A stretch of 60,380 nt of DNA, filler included, from Sanchytrium tribonematis (GCA_018985235.1; 6 parts of 6 records of this genome joined end to end with filler, not necessarily neighbours in it); one strand, 5' to 3'. Counted from the whole stretch's first letter, positions 40,751 through 50,350 are shown. Notes: generated by a model not told the origin, from the sequence alone. Numbers and translations are program-made.

Positions 40751-41474
40751 ATGCAAGTATGTTTTCAAAAGGAGGGTTTAAAGCTTAGCTAGCACAGAGT
40801 TATTTGCTAATATTATGTATGGAAAAGATACGTTTTCAATTGGCTAGCTTGATCCTCTTTCACTAAATTTTTACTAACGTAGACAATTAAATGTGTTGTT
40901 GTTGGCGATGGTGCCGTTGGTAAAACTTGTCTTCTTATTTCATATACAACTAACAAATTTCCACAGGAGTATGTTCCAACTGTTTTTGACAATTACGCGG
41001 TAACCGTTATGGTTGGCGATGAGCCATATACACTAGGATTATTTGATACCGCTGGTCAGGAAGATTATGATAGGCTACGACCACTAAGTTACCCCCAAAC
41101 AGATGTATTTTTAATTTGCTTTTCAGTTGTAAATCCATCATCTTTTGAAAATGTTAAAGAAAAATGGCACCCCGAAGTTAATCATCATTGCCCAGGGGTA
41201 CCTTGTCTCTTGGTAGGTACACAAGTTGATCTTAGGGATGACGCAGCTACAGTCGATAAATTGGGAAAGCAAAAGCTAAAACCAATTTCGAATGAACAAG
41301 GCCTTAAACTCTCCCACGATTTATCATTGATTAAATATGTAGAATGCAGTGCGTTAACACAGCAAGGACTCAAGAATGTTTTTGATGAAGGTACAATTTT
41401 ATAATATAGCAATTGTGGCTGCATTATCACCGGCAAAATCTAAGAAAGAGAAAAAGAAGTGCGTTATTATTTAG
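40751..41474 (+). CDS. CDC42: Rho-family GTPase Cdc42, 192 aa; exons 40751-40756, 40883-41390, 41410-41474
   Basis: [65 protein letters not shown] CaaX. Confidence 0.98.
40757..40882 (+). other. 126-nt intron containing a long hairpin
   Basis: GTATGT 5' site; TACTAAC branch sequence directly followed by GTAG; arms 40769-40792 and 40840-40860 pair. Confidence 0.95.
41391..41409 (+). other. 19-nt spliceosomal intron (phase 1)
   Basis: GTACAATTTTATAATATAG; removal restores FDEAI and the CaaX tail. Confidence 0.97.
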
Positions 41475-41516
41475 TAAAAATTTCCGAATTTCAATTGTCC
41501 TTGCTCCGAAGTTTCA

Positions 41517-42356
41517 ATGGAAATTTCATTGAGCTCAGTATGGCCAAGTCCCATTTGCTTCCCTTTAATTGAGCGTGTTGAAGATAAAGAAGAAAGCAAT
41601 TTTTTAAATTGTATCTTATGGTACCATTACGATAAAAGACGCAGTTTTGCAATTCTTCCAGAATTGAATAATGAAAATCAAAACAAGGCCCATATATACA
41701 TGTACCAACAGGATGAAGAAATAGAGGAAATGTCTGACATTAAAGTTGACATTGACAGTGCGGTTGAAAATATAAATATACCGCAACTGGATTCCATTTT
41801 CCAGAAATTTATTGCAAATTCTTGGAATTTTACTGGCATGCAATATACCCTTTACACCGGATGCCATTTAATCATTTTATATTTTTATAGCGATCGTATG
41901 AAAATGCAACACATTTATGAATCTCTCGTCAAATTTTTTAAATTTAAGTCGGTGTGGAAATCATTTGAAGATCTTGTATATTATAGTAGATATTTATGCG
42001 AAGACAATATTGAGTGGGTTTATAAGCTAGAAAAACGGCATTATGATTTTGCGATGATAGTCAAGGCCTATAATGAAAATATTTATCCTCCTGGAAATGA
42101 ACTTGTTTTGTCAAATTATGTGCAATCTTTTCAAATCCAAAATATAACGGAAAAGAAAAAAATCTTATTGCCTTGTCTCAAGGGCAACGCAATAATGAAA
42201 GCGGCGACTTTATTGGAATTGTTCAAAATATACCAATTTGATAAAATCGGTCCTAAGATAGAAAAGCAATTTTTACAAATTTGTAATGATCACTCCCTTT
42301 ATTTTCTTCTTGATGTCTTTAAAAATAATCTTCACAACAAAATAAAGTTATTGTAG
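41517..42356 (+). CDS. Hypothetical protein, 279 aa
   Basis: Long ORF filling the intergenic space; no family recognised. Confidence 0.6.
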   Translation: MEISLSSVWPSPICFPLIERVEDKEESNFLNCILWYHYDKRRSFAILPELNNENQNKAHIYMYQQDEEIEEMSDIKVDIDSAVENINIPQLDSIFQKFIANSWNFTGMQYTLYTGCHLIILYFYSDRMKMQHIYESLVKFFKFKSVWKSFEDLVYYSRYLCEDNIEWVYKLEKRHYDFAMIVKAYNENIYPPGNELVLSNYVQSFQIQNITEKKKILLPCLKGNAIMKAATLLELFKIYQFDKIGPKIEKQFLQICNDHSLYFLLDVFKNNLHNKIKLL

Positions 42357-42377
42357 TCACATCCCCTTTCTAACCAT

Positions 42378-43355
42378 ATGCGGAAAATCGAATCAAGCAG
42401 TAGTAGTTTCTATTCCGACTTCACTACGATTGACCAAATTCTATCCAACGAGGACCCAAAGCATCCCCTTAGTGCCGATGCCCTTTTGAAATTTGCGAAA
42501 TCGATATATGCCGATGAAAACGTTAGATTTATTTTGGATGCCAAAAGAGTAATGTCTTTCAAAAATTTACCTTCTTACAAGATTTTAGCCAAGAGATATG
42601 GTACTTGTCTCAATCTCCCAAATGAAATACAATGTAGATTCGTCAAAGGTGATCTACTAGGTGTTGAAGAGGCGTATTGCCATATATATGAAATAGTTAA
42701 GACTGACATTTATCCCAAGTTTTTAAAAACTATCCAAATTAGGAAGCAACTAGATTACACACGTCAATCTGCACTTTGGTGGAAGAAGCGGCAAACCTTA
42801 AATTCATTTTTTTCATATCCTGATCCAATATTAGTGATAGATGCTCGGTGTCACTCTTTTCTATGCACAATTTTGATTATTACTTCGATCATGTTGTCTC
42901 TAAATTTTGGAACTGATTACGGGGTGATGATTTATTTAACTTATGGGTATTTGGCAAGATTTTGTTGTGGACCCAAATTGGATTTTCAATCCTACTTTGT
43001 AATATTCATGCTACGGCCACTCATCATTGAAACCAATCTACTAGATGTGACATTTGAGTCCGGATATCCCAGAAGAATAGTTCAATTATTAGCTGGATTA
43101 TTGGCACTTGCAGCATCAGTGTTGTTGTATTTAGATTTGGTTTTTGTATATTGTGGGGTGATCGGATTTTTGGGATTGTTTGCTTGTGTCAATGCTCTTT
43201 TTGACTATTGCGTATTGTGCCAAGTTCTAACACAACTTGTTAAGCTGAAAATTCTACCTCCCAAATGTGATTATCGGGCAGGTACAAGAATGATAGGCGT
43301 GCCTACAAGAACCTCGAAGCAAAGAATAGATAGTGTTATCGTTATCAACAAGTAA
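42378..43355 (+). CDS. RGS domain fused to a DUF4395-like membrane domain, 325 aa
   Basis: N-terminal LLKFAKSIYADENVRF..LNLP..IVKTDIYPKFL (RGS); C-terminal YPDPI..DAR, YGYLARFCCGP, PRRIVQ, FDYCVLC..L.KLKILP (DUF4395 pattern). Confidence 0.75.
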   Translation: MRKIESSSSSFYSDFTTIDQILSNEDPKHPLSADALLKFAKSIYADENVRFILDAKRVMSFKNLPSYKILAKRYGTCLNLPNEIQCRFVKGDLLGVEEAYCHIYEIVKTDIYPKFLKTIQIRKQLDYTRQSALWWKKRQTLNSFFSYPDPILVIDARCHSFLCTILIITSIMLSLNFGTDYGVMIYLTYGYLARFCCGPKLDFQSYFVIFMLRPLIIETNLLDVTFESGYPRRIVQLLAGLLALAASVLLYLDLVFVYCGVIGFLGLFACVNALFDYCVLCQVLTQLVKLKILPPKCDYRAGTRMIGVPTRTSKQRIDSVIVINK

Positions 43356-43393
43356 ATTATATCAAAATTTTAACGGGACGATTCATAAAACTG

Positions 43394-44344
43394 ATGTCAG
43401 ACATTTTCCATGGAGCACAAAACCACGATGTTTTGCGCAGTTGGCACGAATCTGAAATCAGCCCAAAGCATTTGGTTTATCCTATCTTCGTCACAAATAG
43501 AGAATCAAAAGAAGAAATCAAGGCAATGCCAGGACAATATCGAATCCCTGTTAAAGAAGTTGCAGCATTTATAGAAAAAATTAAAGGTTTAAAATCTATT
43601 CTTTTATTTGGTGTAGCTGAGGAAAGTCAAAAAGATCAAATTGGGACATTTGCTAACGCTCCTGACAATCCTGTAATGATTGCCATTCCTATTATTAAAT
43701 CTAAATTTCCAAATCTGTTGATCATATCGGATGTCTGTTTATGTCCTTACACTACTCATGGGCATTGCTACATACCAAAACTTGAAGATATTGATGTTCC
43801 AAGCACAGTTTCTAGATTAGCAGATATCTCACTCTCATATGCGAAGCAAGGCTGCCATGTCATTGCTCCATCGGATATGATTTCTACAAGAATAAGGCAT
43901 ATCAAAGCAATTTTGAACGAAAATAATCTGCATGTTGCTGTTATGAGCTACTCTTGCAAATTTAGCAGTTGTCAATATGGCCCTTTTCGTTCTGCAACGC
44001 AATGCTCACTCTCAGGTGATCGAAAATCATATCAACTACCACAATCAAGAGAAATGGCCCTAAGAGCTGCCAAAAGAGACTGCCAAGAAGGTGCAGATTT
44101 TTTGATGGTAAAACCAGGCTATCCATATCTTGATATTTGCCGTGATATATCAAACGCTATCCCACAGTTGCCGTTAGCAGTATATATGGTTAGTGGTGAA
44201 TATGCCATGTTGTACCACGGCGCCCAAAACGGTGTATTTGATTTGAAAGATGCCGTTCTTGAGACAATATTGTCTTATAGAAGGGCGGGATGCAATATAA
44301 TTATAAGTTACTTTACGCCTGAAATTTTAAAATGGATTCTTTGA
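43394..44344 (+). CDS. HEM2: Delta-aminolevulinate dehydratase (porphobilinogen synthase)
   Basis: DVCLCPYTTHGHC Zn site, IAPSDM, YGPFR, GDRKSYQLP, MVKPG, VSGEYAML. Confidence 0.97.
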   Translation: MSDIFHGAQNHDVLRSWHESEISPKHLVYPIFVTNRESKEEIKAMPGQYRIPVKEVAAFIEKIKGLKSILLFGVAEESQKDQIGTFANAPDNPVMIAIPIIKSKFPNLLIISDVCLCPYTTHGHCYIPKLEDIDVPSTVSRLADISLSYAKQGCHVIAPSDMISTRIRHIKAILNENNLHVAVMSYSCKFSSCQYGPFRSATQCSLSGDRKSYQLPQSREMALRAAKRDCQEGADFLMVKPGYPYLDICRDISNAIPQLPLAVYMVSGEYAMLYHGAQNGVFDLKDAVLETILSYRRAGCNIIISYFTPEILKWIL

Positions 44345-44349
44345 TTTAT

Positions 44350-47300
44350 TTAATAAATGGCTAGAAATTCTTCGAAAGTTGTAGGTCGTTTTCTTGTTAA
44401 CTTACAAAGTATTCGTGAACCTACCTCACTCAAAATTGGGACTTTCAACTCTTCCCAGTCTTGAGAGCTCATTTTCCCCTCTTTGTCAACTGCGAAAGCG
44501 ATGATTTGCTCCGAAGAGACTTTCACACTTAAATGTTTGCTTTTTAGCAATGGAATCAGTCTTATGTAGTCAAAAGATTTGACAGAATAAAGACCTTTTA
44601 AACAAATTGCAGCGAATTGAGGATTTTGCTTTTCCAACTCAATAATATCTGATATCATCTGTTCTGAATTCTCCATGAAATGCAAGCCAAATAGATTCTC
44701 CAATTTTGAAATTTCAGAATGCTTGACTTTGTGAAATGGAGTCATTCTTAATGCAAGGCGAATCAGTAAATTTTCATCTGCAATTTTTGAGACTATTTCC
44801 TCCTGTAATGTTCTCTTGAGATTCTGGAATAAACTAAGCAAAACTCTATCGCTTGAAAATTGTTCAATAATGGAACGGCTTTCAACTTCATCTAAAATTA
44901 ATCTTCGTTTGGTAAATAAATTCGGGAAACACTCAAGTTCTTTAACATCTTTGATGAAAATCGACAACCTATGATTGATTGCCATGAAATTGTTAGTTAA
45001 CTCGAATAAAGCTTCTGATGTTTCTTGTTGTAAACATTTTAATATTACACGATGTAACTGAGGAATAAATGGCTTTACCTTAGAACTGTTGTGGGTAATA
45101 TAAAAGCTTAAACATTGATATCCAATGTCGCCACTCTCTGGTAACACACGAATCAGTGGACCAATCCATGTTATTAAAACCTCATCCAATATTACGATTT
45201 TTTGACTAAGAATATAAACCGCCTCTATACATTCGTTTGGATTTAAACCAGTATAATTGCTGAGCAAGATGTGGGAAACCCATAGCAAATCGTTCTTTGT
45301 ATTGGCAATGTCACTCCCAACAAGATGTTTCACGTTAATTTTGACAAAATCCCATAATTTTAAGCAATATTGTGAAGTCTCCGTTTTAGGAATAGTTAAT
45401 GCACAGTCATTTAAACAAATCATAACCGAGTGATGGTCAATGTTTAATTGCAAAGCCGTTAGAATGTCCAAAAATAAATCGCTGACCATATCTGGCTGAA
45501 GCTTGGACAATGCCATGAGTACAGATAGCCCATTAGACACATTTTTATGACGTTTAAGTTTATCCAAACAATTTTTAGCAAGTGTAAATGAATTACTTGA
45601 GTCGAAATTGCTAAAAAGGTTCAAACAATCATCTTTTGAGAGCGTAAATTCATCCATTTTTGTCAAAATATAATCAGCGTGTACATTAACAATTTCCTCG
45701 TCATTAATTAGCAAAAACAAGCTCTTATCAGTACTTTTTCTCATTAATTGTAAATATAAAAATTCAATATTTCTAACGTAGTAATGCCACAAATCATTAT
45801 CTAAGCTAAGATCTAGCAAACTAAGAGCACTCTCTTGCCCCAAATTGACCATAATTTTCACCACAAATTCTTTTTCACTTAAGTGATTTTTAATATAGCT
45901 AAATAAGTCCTTTGGTTTATATTGTACGGTAAATATGCTCAGCAACCTCAGTTCATTGTTTTCAATACAATAATCTACTCCTTGTTTATAAAATCCCTTC
46001 ATTTTATGCTCGATTTCAGAAATAACATTTAAGACTTGCTCATCACTTTTTATGTTGGGAAGTAAAGTCAAAAGGTCAGAAGAGCATTTCAACAGTGCAG
46101 AATGAGTGTTACTGACTATTAATTTCCATAAATTTTGGCAATTGCTTCTTATTTCAAGCAAAGTATCAAATCTACAAATAAATATCAGACTTAAAATTTT
46201 CTGAAAATACTCCTTAAACTTATCTCGCAGCTCCTCAAAAATATATGACTGATCATTTTTGGAATTGATGTTTAATCCAGTCAATTCCACAATTAAGTCT
46301 TGCAAAATCTCCAACACATTGATTCGAATATTATCAGCCCTTGTCAACCCAGAAATAATGCTTGGTAACAAAAGCGTTACACTGTTAGATGCAAAATGCT
46401 GAATAAGAACCTTGGCGCTTTTAACACTGATTTTGAGTACTTCATCATTAGCTGAATTTAATCCTCCAAGAATGCATTTAAATGTTGGGCCAATGAATGG
46501 TTCAAAATGAGATTGAAATGCCATTGGTAAATAAACAAATAGTGTCATGTATTGGGTGGGAAATTTTTCACATTTTTCCTTCAAGAGGTCGAATTGCTGT
46601 TCCAAAACTTTAGTACCATTTGCGTAAAAAATTTCGCTACAAAGTTGAGCGTTTCCGTTGACATCCACAATTGACTGACTCTTTTCCAAGTCTTCAAAAG
46701 ACATCAGAAGATAAGATATTCTATTCGGCAATTTTTCAATTATAGCACCAAATGCTTTAGTAGAGTATGAACGCACTTCTGGTAGCGCTGAACGAGACAA
46801 AATTTTCAGCTTTGAAAGCAACTCAGTGAAGTATGTATCAATTGTTTGTGGGGTACAGATCTTCACCAAGCTACCAATTAATTGAGCAGAACGAATTTGA
46901 GAATCTTTCTTTCTATTTAGATCTAGGGCCTTGTTCAGTAGTGGTAGAAGCAAGGCAAAACTGCTAGCATCTACAGAATGCGTGAAAGTTGTGCTAAGAA
47001 GTGTTACCAACGCATCATCGACCTCATCAGTGGCGAGCGAATTCAGAATTATCTCACTGTGCTGCTTCAATTCAGGGTTACTGATTGCATTGGAAAAATC
47101 TGTCAAAGCTAATTTTGCACTAGCACTTACTTGATAATGCGAGTCATTACTTAAGCTTGTTAATACTGGAATAATATGCGGCAATTGGTCTGACAGGACT
47201 CTTAAATCACAATAAGCTACAAATCCCAGAATAAGACAACATCCATTTCTTGTCTTCCATTGATCATGATTAATAAGCTTAAGTATCATTGGAATCATAA

Positions 47301-50235
47301 GCTTTAAGGCAATAAACGATAGCTTTGGCATTATTCTTTTTGCAAATGAATTTGTGGCACTTCTGACTTCAACATTTGGGTCTCCAAAAGCTTGCAAAAA
47401 AACTAAATTCAATTTGATTATATATGGCTCAAATAATCTTCCAAAGTACTGACTACTGTAGTCCATTAACTTTATAGCGAACAAACGTAGAACGCCATCT
47501 TTTTGCTCAAAACAGCTTTGGATTAATTCGACATGTTTTAAGCTTTTGTACCGTTTTAAACCCAGAGACTTTGCATAGGTGGCTAGTAAAAGAGCTTTTC
47601 CGCGTATATTGACTTCGTTGAATTTTTTTATCTCTTCCGTATGAATCGAAGTATACTTGCCGGTCTCGTTGTCGTTTATTCTCCAAAAAGTGAGCAAAAC
47701 ACCGCTAATCATGATTTGAGAACTTTCATTGTCCGTGGAAATCAGCTTGTTTACCAGATTATCAAATATTGAGGATATTGACGGGTCATTTTTAAGATAC
47801 TCGGCGAAACAACCAACAAATTGACACACTATAGTACTTGTTAAATTGTCTGTGATATTGCGAAGTGCGACTAGTAACTTTGGTAAAAGAGTAGTTGAAA
47901 GCTGGCTATTGTTACTAATTAGCTCGGAAAATTTAGTTCTTATCAAGTTTGTGATCTGGTCAAACTCATCATTGATCCAATTCTTTTCGATAAATGACAT
48001 AATAACTTCTTCGATAAATTCTGGATGCCGGTCCAATAAAACACATATTTTGGTTACGACAAATGCTTTCGGGGAATGTGAAAATTCACTTTTTCGAAAA
48101 ACCTTTTCGAACGAAGAATATTCAGATTGCAGCTCACTCAAGTAAGTTGAAGTGTCTGATCTGTGATCAGCTAAATAGTTTGCATAATTTATCCATATAA
48201 CATTGACAATTGAATTCTCAAAATGATGCAAAAAATCTAAATTTAAATCGTTTGGATGTTTTGAAAGCTCTTTTTCAAGCAAAACAAAAATTGGACTGTC
48301 GTATCTTGCAAAGTGGAAAAAGCAACTAAGGAGTTTGTTTTCAAATATTGAGCTCAATAGCACGACACAATCGACTACTGCCTCTCTTTGTAACAGATCA
48401 CTGCTATTGTACAATTGAAATAGGACAATTAACAAACTTAATTTGTCTTCTCTAAATTCTTCAAGGATTTCTTCAAATAAGTCAACTAGTGAATTTTTGT
48501 AATTACTCACCAAAAGTGCAAATAATTTTGGTAAAAATTGGCTGATATTATTGAAATATTTGGCTACTATATTATTCTCTTGCAGATACCTTGCTATTGG
48601 CATTGAAAGAAGATTGTTCTCTATAGCAGACTGAACAAAACTCGATATAATTGGCAAGCAATTTTTTGACTCAATTAAAGGACTAAGCTCCAAAAATAAA
48701 TCAGAAATATCAGATAAGTTTCCATTAAAATAGTCAATGAGGCTTTCTATAGTTTGATGACTCGAAACGCCGCATATTACAATAAATTGAACTAGAATAT
48801 GTCTATCAACTTCAGTAATATAATTTGGTAATTGATTAGCAATAATTAGAGCATCGAAAACATCTCTACAACACGGAATAGATAACTTTGCAGAAGTCAA
48901 ATATTTAAATTTTTGCTCAAATATGGTCAATATTTTAACAAAGTCACATATTTCGCCCACAGGACTGGTTTGTATTAAATTTTGGATTTCATCACGAATA
49001 AGCTGCTCCTCTTTTCTCTGCATGTCTAGTTTATTCTGATCTTCCTTGGTAAGCTTCGCTTTCTGTTCATTTAGTTGCTTCAGTCTAAGCGATCTGTCTT
49101 TAGGATCCTGAATATTTGCTACATTTAAAATGTCCTTAAACGGATAATAGCTTTGGTGTAAATAAATATCGAAATTTTCTTTTTCCACAGAGTTGCATTT
49201 TCGATTCCAACTTTTAAAATTTGCGATAAGCTTCGAGATTCTAGCAAATAAATAGGATTCATCAATTTCCTTCTCCTTTTCGATATCGGTTGAAAAGAAC
49301 GAATCGGTTAGTAAAATTAAATAATAATCTTCAAGAAATTCTAATTTCAGTAGAGCATCTGATATCCCTATTAAAAGTTTTCTAGTAGATGATATACTTT
49401 GGAAAAAATCTTTGCAATAATACTTGTCAACGATTTCAATTGTGCTCCAAGAATCTCGCGTTGAGGATAATAGCGGCCACAATTCCAATAGTCTGTCGGC
49501 AAAATTAGTAGTGCTAGAACTATATTGCAACAAGGAAATTAATGTAAAATTGAAGATAGACTTATCGACGTTTGAGATCGAATGTTTTTTCAAATATGTG
49601 ACAAGCTCGTGCCATAATGGCTGATTCAAAATTTGAGGAAGTAGCTTTTTTAGCAAAAATAAATCAGTGCTTGAACTTGACAGTAAAGAGTCCACTAAAA
49701 ACTTAGACAAAACTGTTTTATCAATTTTAGTATGATTCAGCTTAATGAATGAAAGATTTTGAACTAAATTATCACTGGAGAGATTAAAATCAAGGCTTGT
49801 CCATGAATAACTTTGACTCGGATTTTTCCCATGAAGTAGAAGGCCTTTTATATCTTTTAATTCTAAGTGCTTCGAGTCCAATATAGATTCATCTTCGTTG
49901 TGATAGATAATATAATTACAAATAATATCTTTTTTGGAAGCGCTAACAAATTGACTTTCCATATTGGTGCGAAAATAATCTCTCAAAATTTTTTCATTGT
50001 AGATTACATATTGCTTCACATAAAATATCAAAAGAACAACCAATTCTTGATACCTTTTTAGCCATTTGTCCAAGGTTTCGTCAGATATTTGATATTTCTT
50101 CTGATTTGCTTTTCGATGTATTTTTAATTCTCGAATCAGATCTCTTGCTTGAGGTGGATACCTTTTAATGAATACATCCAACTGGAACGATTTCAATTCC
50201 TTTGATTGTAGAAAGGAAATCAAGCAATTCTCCAT
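44350..50235 (-). CDS. GCN1: Gcn1 HEAT-repeat translational activator, ~1961 aa
   Basis: GRLFEPYII..FGDPNVEVR..DQWKTR..LSDQLPHIIP.L..DSH.QV..ISNPE..F.HSVDASS; IGPLIRV and VKPFIPQLHR near the C-terminus. Confidence 0.9.
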   Translation of the reverse strand: MENCLISFLQSKELKSFQLDVFIKRYPPQARDLIRELKIHRKANQKKYQISDETLDKWLKRYQELVVLLIFYVKQYVIYNEKILRDYFRTNMESQFVSASKKDIICNYIIYHNEDESILDSKHLELKDIKGLLLHGKNPSQSYSWTSLDFNLSSDNLVQNLSFIKLNHTKIDKTVLSKFLVDSLLSSSSTDLFLLKKLLPQILNQPLWHELVTYLKKHSISNVDKSIFNFTLISLLQYSSSTTNFADRLLELWPLLSSTRDSWSTIEIVDKYYCKDFFQSISSTRKLLIGISDALLKLEFLEDYYLILLTDSFFSTDIEKEKEIDESYLFARISKLIANFKSWNRKCNSVEKENFDIYLHQSYYPFKDILNVANIQDPKDRSLRLKQLNEQKAKLTKEDQNKLDMQRKEEQLIRDEIQNLIQTSPVGEICDFVKILTIFEQKFKYLTSAKLSIPCCRDVFDALIIANQLPNYITEVDRHILVQFIVICGVSSHQTIESLIDYFNGNLSDISDLFLELSPLIESKNCLPIISSFVQSAIENNLLSMPIARYLQENNIVAKYFNNISQFLPKLFALLVSNYKNSLVDLFEEILEEFREDKLSLLIVLFQLYNSSDLLQREAVVDCVVLLSSIFENKLLSCFFHFARYDSPIFVLLEKELSKHPNDLNLDFLHHFENSIVNVIWINYANYLADHRSDTSTYLSELQSEYSSFEKVFRKSEFSHSPKAFVVTKICVLLDRHPEFIEEVIMSFIEKNWINDEFDQITNLIRTKFSELISNNSQLSTTLLPKLLVALRNITDNLTSTIVCQFVGCFAEYLKNDPSISSIFDNLVNKLISTDNESSQIMISGVLLTFWRINDNETGKYTSIHTEEIKKFNEVNIRGKALLLATYAKSLGLKRYKSLKHVELIQSCFEQKDGVLRLFAIKLMDYSSQYFGRLFEPYIIKLNLVFLQAFGDPNVEVRSATNSFAKRIMPKLSFIALKLMIPMILKLINHDQWKTRNGCCLILGFVAYCDLRVLSDQLPHIIPVLTSLSNDSHYQVSASAKLALTDFSNAISNPELKQHSEIILNSLATDEVDDALVTLLSTTFTHSVDASSFALLLPLLNKALDLNRKKDSQIRSAQLIGSLVKICTPQTIDTYFTELLSKLKILSRSALPEVRSYSTKAFGAIIEKLPNRISYLLMSFEDLEKSQSIVDVNGNAQLCSEIFYANGTKVLEQQFDLLKEKCEKFPTQYMTLFVYLPMAFQSHFEPFIGPTFKCILGGLNSANDEVLKISVKSAKVLIQHFASNSVTLLLPSIISGLTRADNIRINVLEILQDLIVELTGLNINSKNDQSYIFEELRDKFKEYFQKILSLIFICRFDTLLEIRSNCQNLWKLIVSNTHSALLKCSSDLLTLLPNIKSDEQVLNVISEIEHKMKGFYKQGVDYCIENNELRLLSIFTVQYKPKDLFSYIKNHLSEKEFVVKIMVNLGQESALSLLDLSLDNDLWHYYVRNIEFLYLQLMRKSTDKSLFLLINDEEIVNVHADYILTKMDEFTLSKDDCLNLFSNFDSSNSFTLAKNCLDKLKRHKNVSNGLSVLMALSKLQPDMVSDLFLDILTALQLNIDHHSVMICLNDCALTIPKTETSQYCLKLWDFVKINVKHLVGSDIANTKNDLLWVSHILLSNYTGLNPNECIEAVYILSQKIVILDEVLITWIGPLIRVLPESGDIGYQCLSFYITHNSSKVKPFIPQLHRVILKCLQQETSEALFELTNNFMAINHRLSIFIKDVKELECFPNLFTKRRLILDEVESRSIIEQFSSDRVLLSLFQNLKRTLQEEIVSKIADENLLIRLALRMTPFHKVKHSEISKLENLFGLHFMENSEQMISDIIELEKQNPQFAAICLKGLYSVKSFDYIRLIPLLKSKHLSVKVSSEQIIAFAVDKEGKMSSQDWEELKVPILSEVGSRILCKLTRKRPTTFEEFLAIY

Positions 50236-50257
50236 TGTATCACTTGAAATTTTCAAA

Positions 50258-50350
50258 ATGAATGAAGAGGTAAATAGGCTGAAAAGAAAACTTAAAGAAT
50301 TGGACAATCCTACTGAGCGCAAAAAAAATAATGATGGATTTGTTGGGAAA
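50258..50350 (+). CDS. Possible 5' end of a gene divergent from GCN1; truncated
   Basis: AAAATG start; MNEEVNRLKRKLKELDNPTERKKNNDGFVGK open to the contig end. Confidence 0.35.

Noticed and set aside
457..50061. Numerous 60-140 aa antisense or alternate-frame ORFs in the ORF track
   Set aside because: They lie within well-supported genes, mostly start at TTG/GTG, and show no recognisable motifs
6477..50235. Apparent clustering of the GCN pathway (SUI2, GCN2, GCN1) with amino-acid metabolism genes
   Set aside because: The three genes are on different contigs concatenated by decreasing length (10011, 9990, 9989, 9983, 9977, 9930 nt), so co-occurrence is not physical linkage
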